A stretch of 64,000 nt of DNA, taken from NCBI RefSeq assembly GCF_006345805.1, contig NC_043026.1:6882001-6946000 (forward strand), read 5' to 3'. The stretch is from Octopus sinensis. Its lineage: Eukaryota. Made by a program: the position numbers and the translations under genes. Position 1 is the first letter of the stretch. Each line of letters begins with the position of its first letter. Below, in pieces: positions 14,034 through 26,601 of the stretch. The notes under the pieces were generated by a model that was not told the origin of the DNA, did no database searches, and saw nothing but the letters and a program-made list of their open reading frames with translations.

Positions 14034-15351
14034 AATGATTCTACACGTCAGTGTGTATATAGCAATTAACTTTACACTAAGTGTATAAACAGCAAGTGAT
14101 GATACAGTATGTGTGTGTATAAGACAAATCACTTTACACTGTATGTATGTATGAACTCATATATGTCTGGTCATAGCATGTGTGTGTGTATGTGTGTGCA
14201 TATCAAGTGACTTTGTGGAGTGTTTATCTGTGTGCACAAAGTGACTTTATACCCCGTGAGTGTATATACACCCACACACACACATCTCTATACAGAATGG
14301 TCCTCTTGTGTATGAATGTCCAGGCAGACACTGACCTTTTTGTGTGGGAGAGCACAGTGTGTCTTTCATTGTGTAAATATGTTGCTGTGGTGTGTGTGTG
14401 TGTGTGTGGCTTCTCGGTATTTGTGAAGTGGGGTGTGACTGGCTTGGGCATAGACATAATTACTTTGTGTATTATAACATGTATATACATACATACATAT
14501 AGCCATGTATACGTGTGTATATATATATATGTATGTATATACATACATACATATAGCCATGTATGCGTGTGTATATATATATATGTATGTATATACATAC
14601 ATACATATAGCCATGTATGCGTGTGTATATATATATATGTATGTATTTACATACATATACATACACACACATATATATACATACATACCTATGCATATAT
14701 ATATATGTATATACATACATATACATACACACACACATATATATATATACATACCTATGTACATATATATACATACATATGTACATACAAATATTTGTAT
14801 ACATACATATACACACACACAAGCACACAATAAGTATGTGTACTTACATGAGCACATATACACATGCAAACATATACACACACACAAACATGTATATACA
14901 CATACATGCACATCTACATTCACACATATATATGCACACGCGCACACACACACACATTGATTTCAAGTTTTGACCCAAGGCCAGCAAGCATGGAGGAGGG
15001 GGGTAAGCCGATTACATCAACCCCCAGTGTCTGACTGGTACTTTATTGACCTCAAAAGAATGAAAGGCAAAGTCCACCTCGGCAGAATTTGAACTCGGAA
15101 CTAAGATGTTTGAAATTTCGCTACACTTTTTGCCTGGCATGCTAACGAATCAGCCAACTCGTCACCCCCTACACACACACATGCATACATTATCGATAAT
15201 TCACCTATCATTAGATGATAAACAAGGATTCCCACAGTTTCTTTGTTTACAGAGATTAAAAAGTTTGTTTTGCTCATAAGTTCACTTCCTCCATCAAATT
15301 GATGATGTTTGTACGTCAGAAGTTGGAATGGTCACAGAAGAACAAGAGACA

Positions 15352-15541
15352 ACAACAACATCAAAAAATACCTTAGGAATGAGAACCCAGGTTCAAAATT
15401 TCCCCAAGACACCTGATGAAGGCTGGAGGGTAGATCAGCCGAAACGTTGTGTTAACAACAAACAAGATGAGGACAAATGTCCGTCAAATGTAAATAATGT
15501 AAATAATGTACATAATTCCTCATCTCTTAAATATAGAACTG
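15352..15541 (+). mobile_element. Penelope-like pLTR-type element carrying the intact hammerhead
   Basis: Hammerhead followed by an AT-rich tail. Its first ~50 nt recur at 16097-16143. Confidence 0.55.
15408..15453 (+). ncRNA. Minimal type-I hammerhead ribozyme, core intact
   Basis: GACAC-CTGATGA-A-GGCTG-gagggtagat-CAGCC-GAA-ACGT-T-GTGTT. Stem I GACAC/GTGTT, stem II GGCTG/CAGCC, palindromic stem III ACGT, GUU cleavage triplet (cut after 15448). Confidence 0.8.
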
Positions 15542-15564
15542 AATAATAATAATAATAATAATAA

Positions 15565-16066
15565 GATTGGAAGTATCATCATGTACATTGTTTTGTCTTG
15601 GTATAAAAGATGGGCTACAGTAAATATTCTGCTCAAAACCACAGATTTGCTTGTCAGTTGTTTGACCATAACCAGTTGAGCATGTCCCTTAGTGGCTGAC
15701 GATATGTGCATCTCTGATCACGAGCAGAAGTAGTGGGGGAGCATCATAGCCATGTGTTGAGGGATTCTTTGGGGTTTGAATAGTTCACCTCTGGAAACAT
15801 GGGTATTTCGTTCAACATCCTTAAGCAACCCTTATTTAGGGACCTTTTGAGCAGGATGGACTACTCAACTTGAAGAAAATTCTAACTGGGCCCCACCTGT
15901 AAGGTCATGCGCTGTTTATCTTGATATGAGATCACCATGTCGCGCACATATGGTTGTGATGCATGTGCCTGGTGTACCCTTATCAGACGGGTAGTCATGA
16001 TGGGTATATTGGGCTTCGTATATTTTACCCAGTGTCACTTTGATGGCATGAACTGCTCTCTCACTC
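15565..16066 (+). mobile_element. ~500-bp non-coding element flanked on both sides by (TAA)n
   Basis: (TAA)n at 15542-15564 and 16067-16094 with a complex non-coding interior, consistent with a TAA-targeting retroelement UTR or non-autonomous derivative. Confidence 0.5.
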
Positions 16067-16786
16067 AATAATAATGATAATAATAATAATAATATCAACA
16101 ACATTGAAAAATACCTTAAAACCGAGAACCTAGGTTCAAAATTTGTGGTGGTCCAAATCCTGTACAATATTTAACCAATCGTAGCACAGGACTCACCCAA
16201 TGTTTACAACTCAATAGCTAAGATGAGCAATCATCATAATTTGATGCGTTGAGCCAATATCAGTTTAATGTATTCAATATGTCAGAATAGAAATTGGTTG
16301 CGCTACAGCATCTTCTGAAAGCCATGAACGGGTGGTATGCAGTCGACCAACACAAGCCCTCAATCCTGCTGAATTCTCAGCAAACAGGATCTAACTTGTA
16401 AAATTGACTAACATGGTCAAACATAGTGAACTGGTGGTCTTGAATCACACCAGTAACAGTTCACATCCCCCCCGTTTCTTAGTAGAGTTGTTGACTGGAC
16501 ACAAAATCCGGCCAATGGTGACCCATAGCCCTGCAAAGCATCCTTGGCCACCAGATGGAGGTACAGAATCAAAAGAAATGCCACTAAACATTATGTCCAA
16601 TGTATGAACAATTCTGGTTGAGATACAAGAAGCATCCAAAGCAGGCCGAAGCAGGCATTGGGGTCTGATGTGGTCCTACAATTCACCTGATCCCGTTTGA
16701 ACTACCCAACCCCAGCAAGCATGGGAAACAAAGAGATAATGACTAGGATGATGATACACACGGACACACACACAAGCATTTTTGAT

Positions 16787-17887
16787 CAGTGGTTCTCAAC
16801 TGGGGTCCATATAAGATTTTCATGGGTGGGGGGATGTAACAAAATAGTAAATTGGGGGTGGGGTCTGCATTAGTATTTTAAGGGCCCCAGAAAATTTTTG
16901 TTGTAGATGTATGTATTGCAAGGAACAGCTAGGGTTCTTTCTCTAACATTTTACAGAGTTCAACCGACAGACGGAAATGTGTGAAAAACAAAAGAGGAAT
17001 TCTGAAAGAAGGGTCTGCAAAACTGGATTTTAAACATTGAATGGCTACGAGGGGTCCACCAGAATAAAATAGTAATCAAAGGGGTCTATAGGTGAAAAAT
17101 AGTTGAGAACCCTTGCTTTAGATGTACGTTTTGCAAGAAACAGCTGGGTTTTTTTCCTCCAACATTTTACAGAGTTCAACCAACAGAAGGAAATGTGAGA
17201 AAAACAAAAGAGGATTTCCTACGGCAATTTTCGGTTATTCTACCCTAAGCTTTCTCTTAGGTTATATTATTTATTTGGGCTTTTCTCTGAGTAAGGGAGA
17301 ATATAATGATTCAACGTCACTTATATTCATATATATGAGCACATTTCAAAATGGCTAAAATGGTTATTGCTACAAGGAATTCTGAAAACTGTAAAACTGG
17401 ATTTTAAACATTGAATGGCTATGAGGGGTCCTCCCAGAATAAAATAGTAATCAAAGGGGTCTATAGGTGAAAAATAGTTGAGAACCCCTGCTTTAGATGT
17501 ATGTATTGCAAGAAACAGCTGGGGTTTTTTCCTCCAACATTTTACACCCTTCACTCTGCACAAGTTAAAGCATAAAAGAAACGAAAAAGGAATTTTGAAA
17601 GAAGTTTCTATAAAACAAGTTTTTAAAGACCGAATGGCTATGAGGGGGTCCTCCCAGAATAAAATGGTGATCGAAGGGGTCAACAGGTAAAAAATAGTTC
17701 AGAACCATGCTTTACATAGTTTAACCAACACAAGGGAATGTATGAAAAACAAAATAGAAATTTTGAAAAAAGTTTCCATAAAACTAGTTTTCAAACTTCG
17801 AATGGTTATGGTAGGGTCCACCAGGATAAAAAAAATTAAATGAAGGGGTCCATAGATAGAAAAAAAAAAATGGTTGGGAACTCTTGA
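16787..17887. mobile_element. hAT (Charlie-type) MITE with tandemly reiterated right half
   Basis: Starts CAGTGGTTCTCAAC. The right TIR-like GTTGAGAACC recurs near 17102, 17478, 17697 and 17873, each preceded by a homologous ~200-bp block. Confidence 0.65.
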
Positions 17888-18147
17888 CTTAGACAGACAT
17901 TAGATTTTATTGAAAGCTAAACATTTATGAATTGTTACTCTGAGCATCAGGTTTCTGGTTTCAAGTACTCACATCGTGCACTTTTGTTTCTCTCTCCATT
18001 AGCAAATGTCCTTATATACATACGACATATATACAGAGAGACAAACTCTGTGTGTGTGTGTGTGTAGCTACGCAACAACCTGCACAACCAGCTATGTACA
18101 GACACATAAAATGACTATCACATACGAATACAAACAATCATATGCAG

Positions 18148-18180
<33 letters not shown>

Positions 18181-18715
18181 CACACTCACACACTACCACA
18201 TCACTTATCCTTGTTAACATTGGGATGTAAAAAAAAAACAAAAAAGAAAAGGAAAATTACACACACACACACATACACCATTATACATATATAATTCACT
18301 ATGCACACACACACACACACTTCCGTCGTTTTTCTCTGACAAAGTCAGCTGCCGCCAAATATCTAAGTGTTTAAATGCCACAGCAACTCGGCAAAGTGGG
18401 TGGGTGTGGCACCAAATATGGCAACACACACACACACACATCTACACACGTGCACACACACTAAACTCTCTGCAACAACATATGACATCCACTACAGAAA
18501 CATTTGGCTGAATAGCCATCTACTGATCATTGTCTATGTATATATGTGTGTATATATGTATGTGTGTGTGCGTTCATATGTATATATATAGATATATATT
18601 TATTGTCTATGTATGTATATATACATATATATTCATATATACATACACACACTATATATTCATATATACATACACACACATATATTTATTGTCTATATGT
18701 ATATATATATATAAT

Positions 18716-19097
18716 ATTCTTTTATTCTTTTACTTGTTTCAGTCATTTGACTGTGGCCATGCTGGAGCACCGCCTTTAGTCGAACAAATTGGCCCCAGGA
18801 CATTTTTTGTAAGCCCAGTACTTATTCTATTAGTCGCATTTGCCGAACCGCTAAGTTAAGGGGATGTAAACACCCCAACATCAGTTGTCAAGCGATGGTA
18901 GGGGGGATAAACACAGACACACATATACATACATGCATGACGGGCTTCTTTCAGTTTCAATCAACCACGTCCACTCACATGGCTTGGGTTGGTCTGAGGC
19001 TATAGTAGAAGACACTTGCCCAAGGTGCCATGCAGTGGGACTGAACACGAAACTATGTGGTTGGGCAGTAAGCTTCTTAACACACAGCCATGCTTGT
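18716..19097 (-). mobile_element. SINE family A
   Basis: Same head, linker and tail. Confidence 0.85.
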
Positions 19098-19106
19098 GTC
19101 TATATA

Positions 19107-19149
<43 letters not shown>

Positions 19150-19584
19150 AGGGTATGTGAGGTAATGGTGTCAAGAAGACCCAAAGGTGTCAGGTAATGC
19201 TGAGTAAGTGTTATGGACATACCATAGTTAAGCTCCAGGTTCGGTGATTATGCAAATGAGGAGTCCAACAGAGGTCATATATCAGCATGTGTATGTATAT
19301 ATATACACACACACACACACGAGAACGCACATCTACATATACATATCTATCTATATGTATAACTTCACTCATCTCTCTATCCATCTATACATACACACAC
19401 ACTTATCAAGCTAGCTATCTGCATTAGTCTAATTTGCTTAAATACTCTCCAGCTTTGTATGTGTGTGTGTGTGTGGTGTACGTATAAGTACACAAACACT
19501 CAACATATGGGACTGTTACTCCAGATAGATTTTTTTCTCTCTCCATTATTTTTTCCTCTCTCCATCCGTTTTCTCTCCACCATT

Positions 19585-19622
19585 CCTATCTGACAAAGAG
19601 CTCAGGCTCAAAATGTCAAAGG
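19585..19622 (+). ncRNA. Decayed hammerhead ribozyme motif
   Basis: CCTAT-CTGACAA-A-GAGC-tcag-GCTC-AAA-ATGT-C-AAAGG. The three deviations from CTGACGA/GAAACGT are all CpG-type transitions. Confidence 0.6.
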
Positions 19623-19948
19623 CACTTCCATTATTCCCGACTGTCAAAATAATACACTCCATGTGTTGTTCCCTCACCTGTCTCTATCCTTTGTACATTT
19701 GAACCATATATATATACATACACACACACACACATATATATATAGATATATATATATATATATATATATACATACATATATATAGTTCAATCTACCGCTA
19801 CCCTCTCCCTACCTATACGTCTCTATCCAATCTAAAACCGCTCCCTTTACCACAACATCCCCAACTCCCCTACCTAATACATTTAGTTCTCCACAAAAAT
19901 CATTCCACCATTAAACTCCATCCTGTCAACACCCCAAATGTAAAATTC

Positions 19949-20039
19949 TCCCTTGAAGACGGAGGCAGTATTATCTGATAATGGATCCAAGTCACTACCA
20001 TTATTCCGGACAACCCAGCCCCCAGAAACAGCTGTCGGA
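19949..20039 (+). ncRNA. Hammerhead-like motif with extended stem II
   Basis: TCC-CTTGAAGA-C-GGAGGC...TCTG-ATAATGG-loop-CCATTAT..CGGA...GCCCCC-A-GAA-ACAGCTGT-C-GGA. Palindromic stem III ACAGCTGT, GUC triplet, stem I TCC/GGA. The core has one extra U. Confidence 0.6.
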
Positions 20040-20208
20040 CTCGTAAAACTCAACCCATTTCACTCCTGATATCTTATATTTTTTGTATATCGACTTGCTT
20101 CTCCTTACATTTGCTCCTCTCCCTGCTCATGATCAAATCTCTTGAGTACTACAAAGTGTATTCCATACAGAGAATACTTATCTCTAATGTATAAATCACA
20201 TATATATA

Positions 20209-20621
20209 TTCTTTTATACTTTTACTTGCTTCAGTCATTTGACTGTGGCCATGCTGGAGCAGCACCTTTAGTCGAATAAAATCAACCCCAGGACTTATTC
20301 TTTGTAAGCCTAGTACTTATTCTATCCGTCTCTTTTTGCCGAACCACTAAGTAATGAGAACATAGACACACCAGCATCGGTTGTCAAGCGATGGTGGGGG
20401 GGGGGGACAAACACAGACACAAACAACAAACATACACACACACATACATATATATATACGACGGGCTTCTTTCAGTTTCCGTCTACCAAATCCACTCAGA
20501 AAGCTTTGGTCAGCCCGAGGCTATAGCAGAAGACACTTGCCCAAAGTGCCACGCAGTGGGACTGAACCTGGAACCATGTGGTTGGGAAGCAAGCTTCTTA
20601 CCACACAGCCACTCTTGTGCC
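20209..20621 (-). mobile_element. SINE family A
   Basis: Same head, linker and tail; an extra head fragment lies at 20735-20880. Confidence 0.85.
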
Positions 20622-21059
20622 TATTATAATAATATATTCATATTTTTAGATATATTAAATACATTATAATACAGGTGGTCATAGCAATTAAAGCCAAGAA
20701 GGTAAAATTAATATTATATATACACTCACACACACGGGCTTCTTTTAGTTTCCATCTACTAAATCCAAGGCTTTCGTCAGCCTGAAGATGTAGTAGAAGA
20801 CACTTGCCGAAGGTGCCATGCAGTGGGACTGAACTCAGGACCACTTGGGTGGGAAGCAAGCTTCTCATCACACAACCGTCCCCTAGTACTGCCTCTTCAG
20901 GGGGCCAGGAATCAGAACAACAGCAATCAGTGGGTGACACTGTACATTCCTTAAATAATGGCCACATCACAGAACTGGCACCGGTTGCACAGCCATGGAT
21001 ATTGGACAGCACTGCAGTTGCACACACCCACACACACGTGCACACATACCCACATTATA

Positions 21060-21662
21060 GGCGCAGGAGTGGCTGTGTGGTAAGTAGCCTGTTTACCAGC
21101 CACATGGTTCCGAGTTCGGTCCCACTGCGTGGCATCTTGGGCAAGTGTCTTCTATAGCCTCGGGCCGACCAAAGCCTTGTGAGTGGATGTGGCAGACGGA
21201 AACTGAAAAGAAGCCCGTCGTATATATGTATGTATATAAAGGCGGCGAGCTGGCAGAAACGTTAGCACGCCGGGCGAAATGCTTAGCAGTATTTCGTCTG
21301 TCGTTACGTTCTGAGTTCAAATACCGCCGAGGTCGACTTTGCCTTTCATTCTTTCGGGGTCAATTAAATAAGTACCAGTTACGCTCTGGGGTCGATATAA
21401 TCGACTTAATCCGTTTGTCTGTCCTAGTTTGTCCTCTCTGTGTTTAGCTCCTTGTGGGTAATAAAGAAACATATATATGTGTGTATATATACATCCCTCT
21501 CTCTCTTTCGGAGAGGCACTGAGCAGCTATACGCACACATACACACACGGCAGTAACTTCCACCTATCAAATCCAATCACAAAGCTCCGGTCGGCTCGGG
21601 GCTATAGTAGAAGACACCTACTCAAAGTGCCACGCAGTGGGACTGAACCCGAAACCATGTAG

Positions 21663-21693
<31 letters not shown>

Positions 21694-21915
21694 TGTGTGT
21701 GTTTGCATGTCTGTGTTTGTCCCCCTAGCATTACTTGACAACCGATGCTGGTGTGTTTACATCCCCGTCACTTAGCGGTTTGGCAAAAAGAGGCCGATAG
21801 AATAAGTACTGGGCTTACAAAAGAATAAGTCCCGGGGGGGGGGGGGGTCGATTTGCTCGACTAAAGGCGGTGCTCCAGCATGGCTGCAGTCAAATGACTG
21901 AAAAGAGTAAAAGAG
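21060..21915 (+). mobile_element. SINE family A with nested SINE B and an inverted A head in its linker
   Basis: A head 21060-21220, B 21241-21470, inverted A head ~21555-21660, A tail ~21700-21915. Confidence 0.8.
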
Positions 21916-22344
21916 AAAGAGAGTATATTCGTGCATGCACACACACACACACACACACATGCACACACACACACACACGAACACACACACACACACACAC
22001 ACACATGCACACACACACACACACACGCACACACGTATACATAGCAGAAACTGCATCGAAGTGAAGGACGTGCAACTGCTGAGCAATGACTCACTCACCA
22101 AAGTTCTGCTGCTGCTGCTGCAACTGGTGGTTTATGGACACACCTCCACTCCACACACGACCATCCACTCTGACTAATGTATCAAAGAAACTCGAACTGG
22201 ATACCCTTTTCAGTGGGAAGGTATGCACGTACTATTAAACTTGATAACCACACGTTTCCTCGGTCCCTTGGTGTGTACGAACGCGCATGTGTGTGTGTGT
22301 GTGTTGTGTGTGTGACAGGCAAGTATTTGTGAAGAATGTGTGTA

Positions 22345-22396
<52 letters not shown>

Positions 22397-23038
22397 ACAC
22401 ACACACATACAGTTATGTCGGAAAGTATGTTTAATGACTGGTCATTCTGTATGCATGTATGTGGTGTGTATATGATGTAGATGTGTGGTATATGTATGTA
22501 TGTGTGCGTATATATGTATGTGTGCGTATATATGTATGTATGTGTGCGTATATATGTATGTATGTGTGCGTATATATGTATGTATGTGTGCGTATATGTA
22601 TGTATGTGTGTGTATATGTATGTATGTGTGTGCATATGTATGTATGTGTGCATATGTATGTATGTGTGTGTATATGTATGTATGTGTGTGTATATGTATG
22701 TATGTGTGCGTATATATGTATGTGTGCGTATATATGTATGTGTGCGTATATATGTATGTATTTGTATATATGTATATATGTGTGAATGTGTATGTGTGTG
22801 AATGTGTATATATGTGTGTATATGTAAGTGATTATGTATATATATATGCATGGGTGTATATGTGTGCGTGTATATATATATATGCATATGTATGTATGTG
22901 TGTATATATATATGTGTTTGCATGTATATATATATATATATAGAGATGCTCAATATAGAAAACACAGTTGTGTTTACATCACTTTCTCTCTATAAATATA
23001 TATATATATATATATACATATATATAACTGGTCAATCA

Positions 23039-23075
<37 letters not shown>

Positions 23076-23256
23076 CACACACACACGACTGCTGGTGCAT
23101 GTTACGTGTGCATTACACATGCACGTGGCCGGGCCAGTGTGTATATAATGACAGCTTGGGAATACGTGTGTATATTATACTCTCATGCAAACATATCCCT
23201 GTACACACACCCACACATACAGGAAAATATATATCTGTACATCTACTAATATATAC

Positions 23257-23300
<44 letters not shown>

Positions 23301-24276
23301 GCGCATACATAGTGGCACCTACTTGCCTGCTGAGTGTATATATAACGTATCTGCTATCTCTACACACACTCACACACACGCCCAGAAGTCCTGTTATCCA
23401 AACTAATTACTCCCTACAGAGCAACGATGAAATTATTTAGGCTAATTAGCCGGCTGTCCACCTATCATTAGTTCGGGCATGTTCTCATGTCCACACGGAC
23501 AGGTTTTGTGGACCCAACGTTGCATATCTTGACTGCCCAAGCCCTCCCCGTCCCCCCACCCACCTACAAACCCCCACTCTCCCCCCTATCGCCCTACTAT
23601 CATTGTGCTACCACCAGGACCACCACCATCAACACCCCTCCCCATGTCATCAACGCCACCACACTGACATCCCCCATCACTGCCACCACCACCACCACCA
23701 AGAGTAGCAGCACCAGTGACACCGCCACCACCACCACCGCCACACCTATTATCACCCACTATGTGAATATAACCACAACCACCATCACCACCAACACCAC
23801 CACCACTGCAAAACACTACACCCACTGCAAGCCGGGGGGGGGGAGACACCACCACCACCACCCGTCACCAAGTCTTTCTCCTCCTCCTCCTCCTCCTCCC
23901 ATACTACAACCGCCACCACCATCTCTTTAGCATTACTGCTATTACCTTTACTTCACTTCCACCCTCCACCACAACCGACACCGACAGAATTTTTCTGCAA
24001 AAACGGAGTTAATTATATGGAATTGGTTGTACAGTGTTTTTTTTTTTTTTTTTTTTGTCTTCTGGGGTTTGTAGGGTTTGAAGTGGGGGTTGGGCAGTCG
24101 ACAGTGCTTGAATGGACTTGTCCACGTCACACACACACACACACTACCTTTGTAAATTGCAACCTGAGTTAGGAAATGTGTGTGAGCAAGACTTGAACCA
24201 AAAGGCTCCACCTGACCAATATCTTACTTGGGTCAGTAGTAGTAGTAGTAGATGGAAACTGAAAGAAGCCCATCAT

Positions 24277-24684
24277 AGGTGCAGGAGTGGCTGTGTGGTA
24301 AGTAGCTTCCTAACCAACCACATGGTTCCGGGTTCAGTCCCACTGCGTGGCACCTTGGGCAAGTGTCTTCTACTATAGCCCCGGGCCGACCAATGCCTTG
24401 TGAGTGGATTTGGTAGATGGAAACTGAAAGAAGCCTGTCGTATATATGTATATATATAGTGTGTGTGTGTGTGTGTGTGTTTGTGTGTGTGTTTATCCCC
24501 CTAGCATTGCTTGACAACCAATGCTGGTGTGCTTATGTCTCCGTCACTTAGCGGTTCAGCAAAAGAGACCGATAGAATAAGTATTAGGCTTACAAAGAAT
24601 AAGTCCTGAGGTCAAGTTGCTCAACTAAAGGCGGTGCTCCAGCATGGCCGCAGTCAAATGACTGAAACAAGTAAAGAGTAAAGA

Positions 24685-24738
<54 letters not shown>

Positions 24739-24900
24739 TCTCCACACCATTGCTTGACAACCGATGTCAGTGTGTTTATGTCCCCGTAACTTACAAGAGA
24801 CCGATAAAATAAGTACTAGGCTTACAAAGAATAAGTCCTGGGGTTGATTTGTTCGACTAAAGGCAGTGCTCCAGCATGGCCACAGTCAAATGACTTTAAA
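24277..24900 (+). mobile_element. SINE family A plus a second tail
   Basis: Full copy 24277-24685, then (TA)n, then a second tail 24730-24900. Confidence 0.85.
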
Positions 24901-25435
24901 AATAAAAAAAGTGATATTTGTGGGTATGAAACGCAGCCCCAGGAAGACAGCTGAGAGCAACAGGCCTGCAAAGTGTTGGGTAGAATTCCACATCGAGTAA
25001 AGCAGATCAGCCCCACCGTGTTGCACCAATACAAAACACAAGGCAGACCCAGTTTGGCATAACGAGCAGCAGGTGTGATAATAATTAACAATAAGGTGTG
25101 CAGTGTGAATGACAGGGTCTCTGGCTGCTAGAGTGAAAACAGAATGAGAGGAATCCAGAAATAGGGTCTTCTTAAGAAGGCATTTGGTGAGATCTCTTTG
25201 TATAGTCAGTGTTAACAACTGCCTGTGGCCCAGGTGGGGAGTGGGTGTTTCACAGGTTCTATTTTCTACAGGTCCTTGTCAGCAGATTTTCAGGGACAAC
25301 TGCAAGGTTCTGCTTGAGAACAAGAGAAACTTAGTATTATTGTAAGTTATATACTCAGGTGATAACCGCAATTGGATTGATAAATTACCAGGCGCGCAAG
25401 TGTGCACTTGTCTGTGTGTGTGTAAATGTATATAG

Positions 25436-26152
25436 GTGCAGGCATGGCTGTGTGGTAAGAAGCTTGGTTTCCTACCACATGGTTCCAGGTTCAGTCCCAT
25501 TGTGTGGCACCTTGGGCAAGAGTCTTCTACCATAGCCTAGGAAAACCAATGCCTTATGATTGGATTTGGTAGACAGAAACTGAAAGAAGCCCGTCATCAT
25601 CATCATCATCGTTTAGCGACCGCTTTCCGCACTAGCATGGGTTGGACGGTTCGACCTGGGTCCGGGAAGCCAGGGGCTGCACCAGGCTCCAGTCTGATCT
25701 GGCAGTGTTTCTACAGCTGGATGCCCTTCCTAATGCCAACCACTCCAAGAGTGTAGTGGGTGCTTTTTACGTGCCACCTGCACAGGTGCCAGGGGAGTCT
25801 GGCATTGGCCACAATCGGTTGGTGCTTTTAACGTGCCACCGGCATAGAAGCCAGCCAAGGCGGCACTGGCATTGGCCACGTTCGGATGGTGCCTTTTATG
25901 TGCCACCGGCATAGAAGCCAGTCGAGGCTTCTGTGCTGTATGTATTTATGTCTGTTTGTCCCCCATCACCACTCAATAACCAGTGTTGGTGTGTTTACAT
26001 CCACATGAATAAGCAGTTCAGCAACAGAGACTGATAGAATTAGATCTAGGCTTAAGAAATAAGTCCTGGGATTGATTTCTTCGACTAAAACCCTTCAAGG
26101 CGGTGCCCCAGCATGGCCACAGTCATAAGACTGAAACAAGTAAAAGAATAAA
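25436..26152 (+). mobile_element. SINE family A with nested inverted SINE E
   Basis: A head 25436-25593, E (minus) 25594-25930, A tail 25950-26152. Confidence 0.8.
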
Positions 26153-26332
26153 AGATATGACTGGATGGAGTTTTTCTGTATAACAAGGTAGAATGCATCA
26201 GCTTTAATATACATGTGTGTACCAGTAATGTGCGTGGGTATATGTATGTATAGTCTGGTGAATGAGTGAGCAAGCTAAAACTCCGAAGTCACTGTCAACC
26301 TTTTGTTTGTAAAAATATACTTTTTGTTTCTT

Positions 26333-26535
26333 GTTTTACTCTTTTTATTTGTTTCAGTCATTTGACTGCGGCCATGATGGAGCACCGCCTTTAGTCGAGC
26401 AAATTGACCCCAGGACTTATTCTTTGTAAGCCTAGTACATATTCTATCGGTCTCTTTTGCCGAACTGCTAAGTTATGGGGACGTAAACACACCAGCATCG
26501 GTTGTGAAGCGATGTTGGGGGACAGGGACAAACAT

Positions 26536-26601
<66 letters not shown>

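Larger units (their letters stand above)
19495..20190 (+). mobile_element. Two adjacent Penelope-like pLTR-type remnants (19495-19706 and 19786-20190)
   Basis: Each carries a hammerhead motif and a pyrimidine-rich leader; they are separated and flanked by (TA)n/(CA)n. Confidence 0.5.

Noticed and set aside
24919-25400. Possible solo LTR or exon in complex unique sequence
   Set aside because: No clear TG...CA boundaries with TSD and no recognisable protein in the minus-strand frames I read.
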